NCBI GenBank assembly: GCA_045611965.1
Contig: JAZKYE010000060.1
Location: forward strand, 719-64,718
From: Eubacteriales bacterium
GTDB taxonomy: Bacteria; Bacillota; Clostridia; Oscillospirales; CAG-272
Length of the DNA stretch: 64,000 nt
Direction: 5' to 3'
Position numbers and translations under genes: made by a program. Shown here one piece after another: positions 37,548-46,332 of the stretch. Every line of letters starts with the position of its first letter. Position 1 is the stretch's first letter. A model generated the notes under the pieces. That model did not search any database. It was not told the origin of the DNA and saw only the letters and a list, made by a program, of their open reading frames with translations.

Positions 37548-39086
37548 TTAAATTATTTCGTTTTCGATAGGACTGCTGAATGCAACCTCGACAACCTTCT
37601 CGTCGGGTGCCTTGGTGAAAAGGCTGACGAGCGCGGTTACGGCGAGCGATGCAAGCATACATATAACACCGATAAGCGGTGATGACGCAACACCCTGCTG
37701 TAAAATCTCACCGAAGGCGAGCACCTCTGCCTTTACAATACCGAATATTACGATAAGCGATACCGTCAGCGAAAGCGAGGTGATAATCGAGGCGTATGCC
37801 GCCGCCTTGGTTACCCTTTTCCACAAAAGTCCGAGCACGTAAGGGCCGATAAAGCATCCTGCGAGCGTGCCCCAGCTTATACCCATCATATAGGCAATAG
37901 CGGCAAGCTTGAATTTTTCATTAAGGATAGCGAGAACAACCGAAATCACGACGAACACGAGCGTGAGCGAGCGCATTACAATATTGACGCGCTTATCGTC
38001 AGCATCCTTTTTTATAGAACCCTTGTAGATGTCAACTGCGATAACCGATGCCGAGGCGAGCGATACCGACGAGAGCGTTGACATACTCGCAGAAAGAATA
38101 AGAACTGCAATAACACCCGTAAGACCGACGGGAATTACAAATTTTAGCATTGTGGGTATAACAAGACCGTCGCTGACACCGTCAAGAAGCGCGCCCTCAC
38201 CGTCAAAGAAGAAGCTCAGCGCACCCGAGAAGTAAGCGGCAACGCCTATGATGAGCGCGAATGCCGTGCTGACGACAACACCCTGCGTGATAGCCTTTTT
38301 GTCGCGGATTGCGTAATACTTGTGAATGGTCTGCGGAAGTGCCCACACACCGAGCGAGGTAAGAAGCATAAGCGAGATGAGCGATACCGTGTCACCGAAG
38401 ATGCCCGTGTTCTCGCTTCCAAATGTAAACCAGCTGTCCGCAATTGCCGAAATATCCCAGTTGATCTCGCTTGAATTCATATAGAAGATAATCATAAGCA
38501 CGACGCCGACTATCATTATAATACCCTGAATGAAATCCGAGAGGGCAGTGGCAAAATAACCGCCGAAGAAAAGATACAGCGCCGTCAGCGCCGCAAGCGC
38601 AAGCATCACTACCCATCCCGGAATACCGTAAACGGTTTCAAAAAGGCTTGACAGACCGTTGTAAACCGATGCCGAATAGGGGATAAGGAAGATGAATATG
38701 ATTATTGCAGAAAGGATTTTAAGACCGTGGCTGTCAAAGCGCTTCTCAAAGAAGTCAGGCATCGTCTTTGAGCCGAGCCTCGCCGTCATATTCTTCGTGC
38801 GCTTTGCAAGCACGAGCCATGCAAGAAGCGTGCCGATGAGCGCGTTACCAATACCAATCCACACTGCCGCAAGACCGTAGGCTCTGCCGAACTGTCCCGC
38901 GTAGCCGATAAAGACTACCGCAGAGAAATAGGTTGTGCCGTAGGCAAAGGCGGTAAACCAGCCGTTAAGTCCCTTTTTTCCTGCAAGCAGAAAGTCGTCA
39001 ACCGTTCCCGAACGGTTCTTCGTATATATAGCAACGCCCACCATTGAGAGAGCGTACAGTATCAGAACTGCAATATCAATAGCCAT
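37548..39086 (-). CDS. sodium:solute symporter (SSS family) transporter
   Basis: Polytopic membrane protein. The ATG at 39086 is preceded by GAGGAAAAACT. The TTG at 39182 in the ORF track lies inside the -35 box of its own promoter. Confidence 0.8.
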   Translation of the reverse strand: MAIDIAVLILYALSMVGVAIYTKNRSGTVDDFLLAGKKGLNGWFTAFAYGTTYFSAVVFIGYAGQFGRAYGLAAVWIGIGNALIGTLLAWLVLAKRTKNMTARLGSKTMPDFFEKRFDSHGLKILSAIIIFIFLIPYSASVYNGLSSLFETVYGIPGWVVMLALAALTALYLFFGGYFATALSDFIQGIIMIVGVVLMIIFYMNSSEINWDISAIADSWFTFGSENTGIFGDTVSLISLMLLTSLGVWALPQTIHKYYAIRDKKAITQGVVVSTAFALIIGVAAYFSGALSFFFDGEGALLDGVSDGLVIPTMLKFVIPVGLTGVIAVLILSASMSTLSSVSLASASVIAVDIYKGSIKKDADDKRVNIVMRSLTLVFVVISVVLAILNEKFKLAAIAYMMGISWGTLAGCFIGPYVLGLLWKRVTKAAAYASIITSLSLTVSLIVIFGIVKAEVLAFGEILQQGVASSPLIGVICMLASLAVTALVSLFTKAPDEKVVEVAFSSPIENEII

Positions 39087-39153
39087 AGTTTTTCCTCGCG
39101 TGCGCGGCTTGTGCGCGCTTAAAATTAATATGATAAAATAAAAGAATATAGAA

Positions 39154-39182
39154 ATTATATCACACGCGAATTGTCTTGTCAA
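39154..39182 (-). promoter_or_regulatory. sigma-A type promoter of the symporter-paaK-iorAB-paaK-ACT-aminotransferase operon
   Basis: On the minus strand: TTGACA (39182-39177), 17-nt spacer, TATAAT (39159-39154). Confidence 0.55.
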
Positions 39183-39222
39183 TGTTTTTTTGGTCGTAAA
39201 ATGCCAAAAATTCGCTAAAAAA

Positions 39223-39262
39223 TATGCATTTCCCCAGGGGGCTTGCCGAGGGGAAATGCATA
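39223..39262 (-). terminator. rho-independent terminator of the SGNH hydrolase gene
   Basis: tatgcatttcccc (39223-39235) pairs perfectly with ggggaaatgcata (39250-39262). On the minus strand it is followed by ATTTTTT. Confidence 0.6.
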
Positions 39263-39300
39263 AATCGTGTTTTTATTGCTTCTTTTAAGTAAAGAATAAA

Positions 39301-40374
39301 TCAGCGCACCTTGTCAAGCGCGGTCTTAAGCACAGCCTCTACCTCGTCTGCCATAAAGGCAAAGCCGAGGTCGTTCGGGTGCGTGCCGTCAACCGTGCAT
39401 TCATCTCTGTACGGCTCGCGGAAGATGTGCTCACCGTCGATAAAATAGAGGTTTTTGTCACCCGCCCTAGTTCCCTCGTCGTACGCTTTAAGTATTGCCG
39501 CGCGGCGCACTCTTGAAAGCTCGGGGTTCTTGTCAAAGTTAGGCATCGACATCATAATATATGGTATGTCGGGGTGCTTTTCTCTGATTTTTCTGTACAT
39601 ATTACGGTTGGTTCGCTCAAGGTGCTCGGGGTTTGGTGAGTTGTGGTCGTAATCCGACACAAAGGCGCATATATCAAGCGATGCCATATAATCGACTATC
39701 GTGTCCTCTGCGCGACCGTTTCCCGAGAAGCCGAGGTTGATATAGTCAAGCGAGAGCCTGCGCGAGAGTATATTCTGATAGCAGTTACCGGGACGGCTTG
39801 CACATCCGCCCTGCGTTATCGAGCTTCCGTAGAATATTACGGGCTTGCCGTTTGCATAAGCCAGCCCCTGCCCGAGCGTCGCCCCGCTCTCAATACCGAC
39901 GAGAAGATTTTTAACACCGCCGTAAAGAGGGAAATTTATCGTAATAAATCTTTGCTTTTTCTCACCGAGGCAGACCTTTGCCGCATAGCTCTCTTTTGCG
40001 GTTACGGGTGGAATAAACGTGCCCTTGTATCGGGAAATTTTCCCGTCCTCGTCGATATAAAGGTCAAATCCCGTCATACCCGTCTGTGGCATATGCGCCA
40101 TATTCCTTGAACGGAAGCACTCAACCGAAAGTGTTACGTACGACGAGTCGGTAGAGAAGCGAAGTCTGCCGCCTGCCGTGTCAAAGTATAGGTTTTTGAC
40201 ACCCTCATTTACATTATGCGCCACCTCGTCCGGCAGTCTTTGGAACACCTGCTCGTTCTTGTAATCGTAAAGACCGTAAACCTTAAACGGTGGCTTTCTC
40301 ACATCGAAAAACACCGTGCCGTCGTCATCGGTGGATACGGGGGCAAAATTCTTGTCGATTTCATAAATATTCAT
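39301..40374 (-). CDS. SGNH/GDSL-type hydrolase (carbohydrate esterase-like) with N-terminal beta-sandwich-like domain
   Basis: Block I is FYGSSITQGG and the C-terminal block is DGTHPND. The ATG at 40374 follows GAGGTG; the GTG at 40383 in the ORF track is itself part of that RBS. Confidence 0.7.
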   Translation of the reverse strand: MNIYEIDKNFAPVSTDDDGTVFFDVRKPPFKVYGLYDYKNEQVFQRLPDEVAHNVNEGVKNLYFDTAGGRLRFSTDSSYVTLSVECFRSRNMAHMPQTGMTGFDLYIDEDGKISRYKGTFIPPVTAKESYAAKVCLGEKKQRFITINFPLYGGVKNLLVGIESGATLGQGLAYANGKPVIFYGSSITQGGCASRPGNCYQNILSRRLSLDYINLGFSGNGRAEDTIVDYMASLDICAFVSDYDHNSPNPEHLERTNRNMYRKIREKHPDIPYIMMSMPNFDKNPELSRVRRAAILKAYDEGTRAGDKNLYFIDGEHIFREPYRDECTVDGTHPNDLGFAFMADEVEAVLKTALDKVR

Positions 40375-40396
40375 AAAAAGCACCTCGCTATAAGTA

Positions 40397-40432
40397 AAGG
40401 CGTCTGCTATCAGTAATTATAGCAGACGCCTT
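40397..40432 (-). terminator. hairpin at the 3' end of the helicase/AAA/VWA operon
   Basis: aaggcgtctgctat (40397-40410) pairs perfectly with atagcagacgcctt (40419-40432). The T-run on the minus strand is weak. Confidence 0.45.
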
Positions 40433-40449
40433 GGGAAAAGTCAATAAAA

Positions 40450-41805
40450 TCAGATATAAACGCACCTGCCAAAGCTGGGCTCTTCCTTGCTGTCCGCGAT
40501 TATCCACAGCACGTCAATTCCCATAGCGGCGCGCTCGTCGGGGAATGGGGCGTAGCCGTCGGTGAGAATGATTATGCTCTTCGGCGGGTCATCCGACATA
40601 TTTTTCTTTACATATTCGAATATTATATCAAAGCTCGTTCCGCCGCCGCCCTTGGGACGGATAGCGCGAAATTCCTCAATGGACTCAAACGGTACGGGTG
40701 GCACTACCTTCGCGTCGAAGAAGCCGAGCAGACCTGCAAGGCGTCCTTCAAAAAGGTCGATAGCACCCTTGATTTCGGAATAGCACTCGGTGATAAGCGA
40801 GTCCGACATAGACGCAGAGGTGTCTATCATAAACAGAATGTTCTCGACCTTTTCCTCGGTGTCGTTGTAGTCGGGAAGATAGAAGTCACCGTCACCGTAG
40901 CGCTTGTCTGGTGGCGAGAAGGAATAGTCGCATATCTCGGTGTCAATAAACTCGCAAAGAAGCGTGCGCCAGTCACACTTGGGATTTTTAAGCTCGTCAA
41001 GAAATCTCTCTGCACAAAGCGGAAGCAGACCGCGCTTGTTCGAAGGGTCCATAATCCTTATTGCCGCCTCTGCGTTATTGACGCGGCTTATAATTTTGTC
41101 AGAGAGAATTTCGTCTTGCGAGGTGCCCCAGCGCGAGTGGTCGTCCCAGGTTGCGTTATCACTCTTGTCACCGCCGCTCTTGCCTGCGCCTGCGCCCCTT
41201 GCGCTGCCGCTGCCCCCTGACGCGCCCTCTCGCTTGCCGTCACCGCTATCACCGCCGCCATCGCTTTGGTCAGAGCCGCCCTTTGATGCGCCCTTGCCGC
41301 TGCCGCCCTGTGACCTCATCTTCTTTTTAGCATCGTCAGCGAGCATATTATACACTTCCTCTGCCGTATAGAGATAGCCCTCTTTACCGTCAGGGGCGAG
41401 GTGCATAGACTCGCCAAACTCTTTCAGGGTGATGCTTTCCTTTTTCATTCCGTTTGCACGAAGGATGTTTGAGTTTACCACTATATCACACGCGATATTG
41501 AATAAAAACGGCTCGTAGTCGTGTCCTCGCGTGCAATGCTGAAGCGCCGCGTGAAGGGTTTCGTGCATAAGTATGAAATCCACCTCAGAGTCAGAGAGCT
41601 TGTCAAGGAAGCTCGGTGAGAACATAATTTCCTCACCGTTGGTAGCCGCCGTATCAAGCACCTCGTCAACCGAGAAAACCATATGCATAAGCAGCATTCC
41701 AAAGAAGGGATGCGAGCTTAACACACGCATTCTTGAGAGCAGAACCCGCCTTGAATATTCTCTTTTTTTCTCATCCGTAAGGGTGGTTCTACCGCTGTTT
41801 GTCAT
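40450..41805 (-). CDS. zincin-like (HExxH) metallopeptidase domain fused to VWA domain (DUF2201-like architecture)
   Basis: HETLH at 41565-41551 (aa 81-85). A Gly/Ser/Asp-rich low-complexity linker spans about aa 165-215. The MIDAS motif DTSAS lies at 40824-40810 (aa 328-332). The start overlaps the upstream AAA gene stop by 4 nt. Confidence 0.8.
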   Translation of the reverse strand: MTNSGRTTLTDEKKREYSRRVLLSRMRVLSSHPFFGMLLMHMVFSVDEVLDTAATNGEEIMFSPSFLDKLSDSEVDFILMHETLHAALQHCTRGHDYEPFLFNIACDIVVNSNILRANGMKKESITLKEFGESMHLAPDGKEGYLYTAEEVYNMLADDAKKKMRSQGGSGKGASKGGSDQSDGGGDSGDGKREGASGGSGSARGAGAGKSGGDKSDNATWDDHSRWGTSQDEILSDKIISRVNNAEAAIRIMDPSNKRGLLPLCAERFLDELKNPKCDWRTLLCEFIDTEICDYSFSPPDKRYGDGDFYLPDYNDTEEKVENILFMIDTSASMSDSLITECYSEIKGAIDLFEGRLAGLLGFFDAKVVPPVPFESIEEFRAIRPKGGGGTSFDIIFEYVKKNMSDDPPKSIIILTDGYAPFPDERAAMGIDVLWIIADSKEEPSFGRCVYI

Positions 41806-42899
41806 AAGTATTTACCTGCCTTAGTCAGCCATCTTGCGAATTGAGGAATCTTCATAAGCTTGAGCTTGTAGCCCTCTTCAAGATACATATAGTTTTTCAT
41901 AAGTATGCAGGAAAAGTCAGGGGGCATACGAAGCGCATAATCTATACTATGCTCTATTTTTGTAAGGTTGCCTTTGCATTTCCTTGCATATTCAGTCATG
42001 GATGACACGAGCGCGTAGAGTACGTCTGCGCTTTTAGGCATATCAATGCACTTGCCTGAAAATATGTCGTCAATAGAAGGCAGCTTGCCGTAAATCTCAC
42101 AGTAGCTACGAAGCTCTATCGCAGCACCGACACCCACCGTGCCCGCGACGAGATGATATACGCTCTTGATATCACCGCCCGATGCTAAAAGCAGATTTGA
42201 TACCATTTCCCAGGAACGGGGGGTAGCGTAGGCGAGGTCGTCTGCTCTCGTTTCATTTAAGAAGAGGTCGCGTCTGAACGAGAGGAAGCCCGTCACTCTT
42301 GACGAAATTCCGTGCTCTACCGCCCACTTCATCCACGAGTCAAAGTCTGCACATATTTCGATGTGCATAAGACGGTTGGCAAGCGCCCTAGGCATCTTGT
42401 ACGCCACCGACTTGTCGGTAAGACGGTTTCCTGCCGCAATAACTATGCAGTTTTCAGGAAGCCTATGCTCACCGACCACGCGGTCGAGCGTTATCTGATA
42501 AGCCGCCGCCTGAACGCTCTGCGGTGCGGCTGAAATTTCATCGAGGAAGAGGATATTTACCGTGTCGGCATCCTCGTCCATCTGAAAGATTTTAGGCTTA
42601 AGCCAGACGGCGAGCGTCTTGTCCTCGTTTGCGGTGGGAATACCGCGCAGGTCGATGGGGTTGAACAGAAGCAGACGCACGTCGGTCACCACCACGCGCT
42701 TGCCGGTTTTTTTCTGAATTTCATTCGCTATCTGTCTTACACCTTGGGATTTACCCACACCGGGCGCACCCCACAGCATAGCAGACGGCACAGTCCTTAC
42801 GGGAATTCCTGCGTTTATTACCTTTATATAAATATCGGAAAGAGCCTCGACAGCCTTTCCAACCGAGAGAGTCGGTAAATTGCTTTGAGTATTAGCCAT
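41802..42899 (-). CDS. MoxR-class (AAA_5-like) AAA+ ATPase
   Basis: Walker A GAPGVGKS at 42770-42747. Walker B ILFLDEIS (aa ~116-123). AAGN sensor-like motif. 365 aa. It overlaps the helicase gene by 8 nt. Confidence 0.85.
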   Translation of the reverse strand: MANTQSNLPTLSVGKAVEALSDIYIKVINAGIPVRTVPSAMLWGAPGVGKSQGVRQIANEIQKKTGKRVVVTDVRLLLFNPIDLRGIPTANEDKTLAVWLKPKIFQMDEDADTVNILFLDEISAAPQSVQAAAYQITLDRVVGEHRLPENCIVIAAGNRLTDKSVAYKMPRALANRLMHIEICADFDSWMKWAVEHGISSRVTGFLSFRRDLFLNETRADDLAYATPRSWEMVSNLLLASGGDIKSVYHLVAGTVGVGAAIELRSYCEIYGKLPSIDDIFSGKCIDMPKSADVLYALVSSMTEYARKCKGNLTKIEHSIDYALRMPPDFSCILMKNYMYLEEGYKLKLMKIPQFARWLTKAGKYL

Positions 42900-45800
42900 T
42901 TTTTACACCTAACCTTCTGTCAAGCTCGTCAAGTCTTGACCTGTAATGCTCTATTCTTTCGAGGTAGTCGTTTTCGCGTTTAAGCTCGTTCTTTATCGAG
43001 CGCTCGCGGCGTTTAAGCTCGGTTTCTGCCGAAATAAGCCTTTCAAGATGCTCACTTAAGCTATCGAGCTTGTTGTCAATTCTTAAAATTATACCCTTGT
43101 CACTCTCGCCAAGCTCAACGAAGTATCTGCCGTCGCGCACGAGGAAGATATAGGGCGCAGAGCGCATCATGCCAGCAGGTATCACGATATCAAAGCCGCG
43201 ATAGCTCGTCACCGTGCGCTCTTCCGTAAGAAGCTCGCCGTCGCGAAGTGCCTCGGCAATAATATCGCGAAAGTCGTTCTTCGCATCCTTTGACAGCTCA
43301 ATTCCGCACCCTGCCTCGGCGACAAGATACTCAACGTCGTGACGGCAGGCGGCAATAAGTCGCGCCTGACGCTGCTTTTTGTCGGGAATTGACGCAAGCT
43401 CTGCGTGAAGCGAGTCGCGCTCTTCGGTGTCCTTTGAGAGAAGAAGCTTGAACTTCGTCAGCATATTCGCGCACTCAATTCGCTCTTTTATAAGGGGATT
43501 TCCTATCGCGAGAGCCTTGATTTCACCGTAGCTTAACGATATATCGCCAACATCGGCAGCACTTCTGTCGGTTATGAAGCCCGAGAGAATATCCTCTATA
43601 AACTTCTGCTTGGTTTCAAGAAGCTGCCACGAGTAGGCGTCAAAGCTTCCCTCGGTTACATAGCGGAAAATCTGAACCTTGGGGCAGGTGTTGCCCTGAC
43701 GAAGAATTCTACCCTCTCTTTGCGTTACGTCCGACGGACGCCAGGGCAAATCGAGGTGGTGAAGTGCAACGAGACGCTCTTGAATGTTGACACCCATACC
43801 GACCTTGAAGGTCGAGCCGATAAGCACTCTTATCTCACCGCGGTTTACCTTGGCAAAGAGCTTTCCTCTCTGCGTGTCGGTCGTGGCGTTGTGAACGTAC
43901 TCGATTTCATCAGGCTTAACGCCGAGAATTTCAAGCAGAGAGCGAAGCTCGTCGTAAATGTTGAAGCCTGCCTTGGGGGTTGAGGTGTCGCAGAATACGA
44001 GCTGCGCGCACCTTTCCTTTTCGGTTTTGAAATAGATGTCGGCAATTCTCTCTGCACACTTGTAAACCTTTGACGAGGTGGTAAAGGCGAGAGTGTTTCT
44101 CACAAGCCTTATATCAAGTGCCGCCTTTCGTCCGTCGGTGGTTATGAGAAGAAGGTTGTCCTGCTTTCTCGGCACCTGCTGACGCCTTACCAAATCCGCG
44201 CGCCTTGAAATATCCTCAAGATATTCGGCAAAGTCGGCGGTTTTCGGCACGAGAATGTCGGTATAGCCCTCAAAATCAGGAATTTCGTTAGTCTTGTCCA
44301 CCTTGTGAAAGTCGGTTACAGAGGCGAAAAGATTAGTGAGCTCGGGCAGGTTGAAGAAGCGTGAAAGACGCGTTGCCATACGGAAATTGCTCGTGTCCAC
44401 ATCAATCTCAAACTCGGTGTGCTTCTCTGCAAACATACCTACCCACGAGTCAAAGGATTGAAGCTCAAGCAGCTCAAGCTCGCCGCTTTGCAGGTATCTT
44501 TGCATCGTATATACATCGCTTACCGAGTTGGTTATGGGCGTACCCGTTGCGAAAACCACGCCGCGTCCGCCATTCTGTCTTTGTACGCAGTGCACCTTTT
44601 TGAGCATAGACTCGCACTTTGAGCTGTACGTGTCGGAAACACCGAGCAGCTGCATCTTAGTGTCGAGCTTTATGTTCTTGTAGTTGTGACCCTCGTCGAG
44701 GAAGAGCGTATTAATGCCGAGGTCCTCAAAGTATATACCGCAGCCACCGTCACCGTCATCCTCACCGTCACCGATAAGCCCCTGCGTCTTGCCTGCCGGA
44801 AGAAGCGGAAGCTTGTCCTCGCCCTTTGCCTTTTTCAGCTGCTCGTCAAGAGTGTGCTGTCTGCGGCGAAGCGCGGTGGTCTGACGCTTGGGATTTTTGA
44901 GAGCCTCGTCGATTTCCTTCTTTTTGTCCTCAAGCTCTGCTATCAGGTAGTCCTTACTGAGTGCAATTCTGTCGAAGCAGGAATACGCCATAATTATCGC
45001 CTCAAAGTCACCGTCGCGTATGAGCCTCATCGTTGCCTCACGGCTCTTTGGCGTGAACTGCGAGGGGGTTACGGTGAGAAGCCTTGCATCAGGGTAAAGC
45101 TCAAGATAAGCATCCGTCCATTGACCCGTAAGGCTGTTCGGCACGACGTAAAGGTTCTTCTTTGATATTCCCATACGGCGAAGCTCGTGACCTGCCGCAA
45201 CCATAATATAGGTTTTACCCGCGCCGACGTCGTGTGCAAGAAGCGTGTTGGGCGAGAAGAGTATTCTCGCTATGGCATTCTTCTGATAGGTGTAAAGGCT
45301 TATTTTGGGGTTGAGGTCACGAAGGGCAAGAAACGCGCCGCTGTACTGACGCGCTACCACACAGCCGTATCGCTCGTTGAAGATTTTTTCAATCTTTGAC
45401 CTTCTGCCGGGGGCGGAAAGCACCCACTTTGAAAATTCCTCAAGGATAAGCTTCTGCTTTTCCTGCGCGAGAATGGACTCGGTTTCGTTGAGGGTTCTCG
45501 TGGTCTTGGTTTTTCCACCCACACGCGTGGTGTTCGTGTCATATACCTTGGGTATCTTCTGGTTAAGCGTGCATTCGATTATTTCAAGGGCGTTCATAAA
45601 GCGCGTTCCGTAGGTGAAGTTACAAAGCGCGCGCGTCTTGCCGTAATCGTACCTTGACTTCAAGGGGATTTCCCACGAGCCCGTCGCAACGTCGTGCTTG
45701 GTCGAGAGAAATTCCTTTGAGTAGTAATAGCAGGTCGCCTTGCCTAAAAGATGCACGATAAACTGGTCGATAATCTCGGCGGGAAGCCACGGCGAGCCTA

Positions 45801-46233
45801 TCGTAGCGTAAATGTCCTCGGCTCTCGTGCGCTTGGGAAGCACCTTGCGAAGGGCTGTGATATTCCGCTGGAAGTAGCCCTGATGCGCTTCGTTTGCCGC
45901 CTTTGCGGCGTTTATCTTTTCGAGGATGTTGCCCGAAAGATATTCGTCTGCGCTCTCGAATCCGAGATAGTAGCATTCCTGCCACTTAAGGGGGTTCTGG
46001 TAGATAGCGCCGCGCGCCTGCAAGGTGGAAATGACCGTTTTCATATCCTCACCGCTAAGCTCGCTGATGTATTCGATATCAACGCGCGCTCGGTGGTTGA
46101 GTGAGGCAATAAAGGCATCCTCGATGCTCATCTTAACCTCGCCGCATCCGTCACTCTTGGGCACGTCCGTGAACAGGTCGTCCCAGTCGATTGAGAGGCG
46201 CTCGGTGCTGTCATTAAAATTCGGGCTCATCAT
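42892..46233 (-). CDS. SNF2/DEAD-like superfamily 2 helicase, 1113 aa, with long uncharacterised N- and C-terminal regions
   Basis: Motif I HDVGAGKT (GAGKT at 45225-45211). Motif II DEGH at 44697-44686. Motif III-like ATGTPITN. Motif VI QREGRILRQGN. C-terminal coiled-coil-like ELKRRERSIKNELKRENDYLERIEHYRSRLDELDRRL. RBS AAAGGAGAAAG precedes the ATG. Confidence 0.85.
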   Translation of the reverse strand: MMSPNFNDSTERLSIDWDDLFTDVPKSDGCGEVKMSIEDAFIASLNHRARVDIEYISELSGEDMKTVISTLQARGAIYQNPLKWQECYYLGFESADEYLSGNILEKINAAKAANEAHQGYFQRNITALRKVLPKRTRAEDIYATIGSPWLPAEIIDQFIVHLLGKATCYYYSKEFLSTKHDVATGSWEIPLKSRYDYGKTRALCNFTYGTRFMNALEIIECTLNQKIPKVYDTNTTRVGGKTKTTRTLNETESILAQEKQKLILEEFSKWVLSAPGRRSKIEKIFNERYGCVVARQYSGAFLALRDLNPKISLYTYQKNAIARILFSPNTLLAHDVGAGKTYIMVAAGHELRRMGISKKNLYVVPNSLTGQWTDAYLELYPDARLLTVTPSQFTPKSREATMRLIRDGDFEAIIMAYSCFDRIALSKDYLIAELEDKKKEIDEALKNPKRQTTALRRRQHTLDEQLKKAKGEDKLPLLPAGKTQGLIGDGEDDGDGGCGIYFEDLGINTLFLDEGHNYKNIKLDTKMQLLGVSDTYSSKCESMLKKVHCVQRQNGGRGVVFATGTPITNSVSDVYTMQRYLQSGELELLELQSFDSWVGMFAEKHTEFEIDVDTSNFRMATRLSRFFNLPELTNLFASVTDFHKVDKTNEIPDFEGYTDILVPKTADFAEYLEDISRRADLVRRQQVPRKQDNLLLITTDGRKAALDIRLVRNTLAFTTSSKVYKCAERIADIYFKTEKERCAQLVFCDTSTPKAGFNIYDELRSLLEILGVKPDEIEYVHNATTDTQRGKLFAKVNRGEIRVLIGSTFKVGMGVNIQERLVALHHLDLPWRPSDVTQREGRILRQGNTCPKVQIFRYVTEGSFDAYSWQLLETKQKFIEDILSGFITDRSAADVGDISLSYGEIKALAIGNPLIKERIECANMLTKFKLLLSKDTEERDSLHAELASIPDKKQRQARLIAACRHDVEYLVAEAGCGIELSKDAKNDFRDIIAEALRDGELLTEERTVTSYRGFDIVIPAGMMRSAPYIFLVRDGRYFVELGESDKGIILRIDNKLDSLSEHLERLISAETELKRRERSIKNELKRENDYLERIEHYRSRLDELDRRLGVKNG

Positions 46234-46332
46234 CTTTCTCCTTTTTCTATTTTTCGCGTGTGTAAAATATTATAGCGAATACGGTGTGTCATAAACGGTA
46301 CAACCACACGCTATTTTCCTGATGGGGAAATA

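Noticed and set aside
41161-41313. GC-rich, internally repetitive DNA (gccgc/gcgcc motifs) that looks at first like a tandem repeat
   Set aside because: It is in frame within the VWA gene and encodes the Gly/Ser/Asp-rich linker. It has no regular period and no spacer/repeat structure, so it is neither a CRISPR array nor a satellite repeat.
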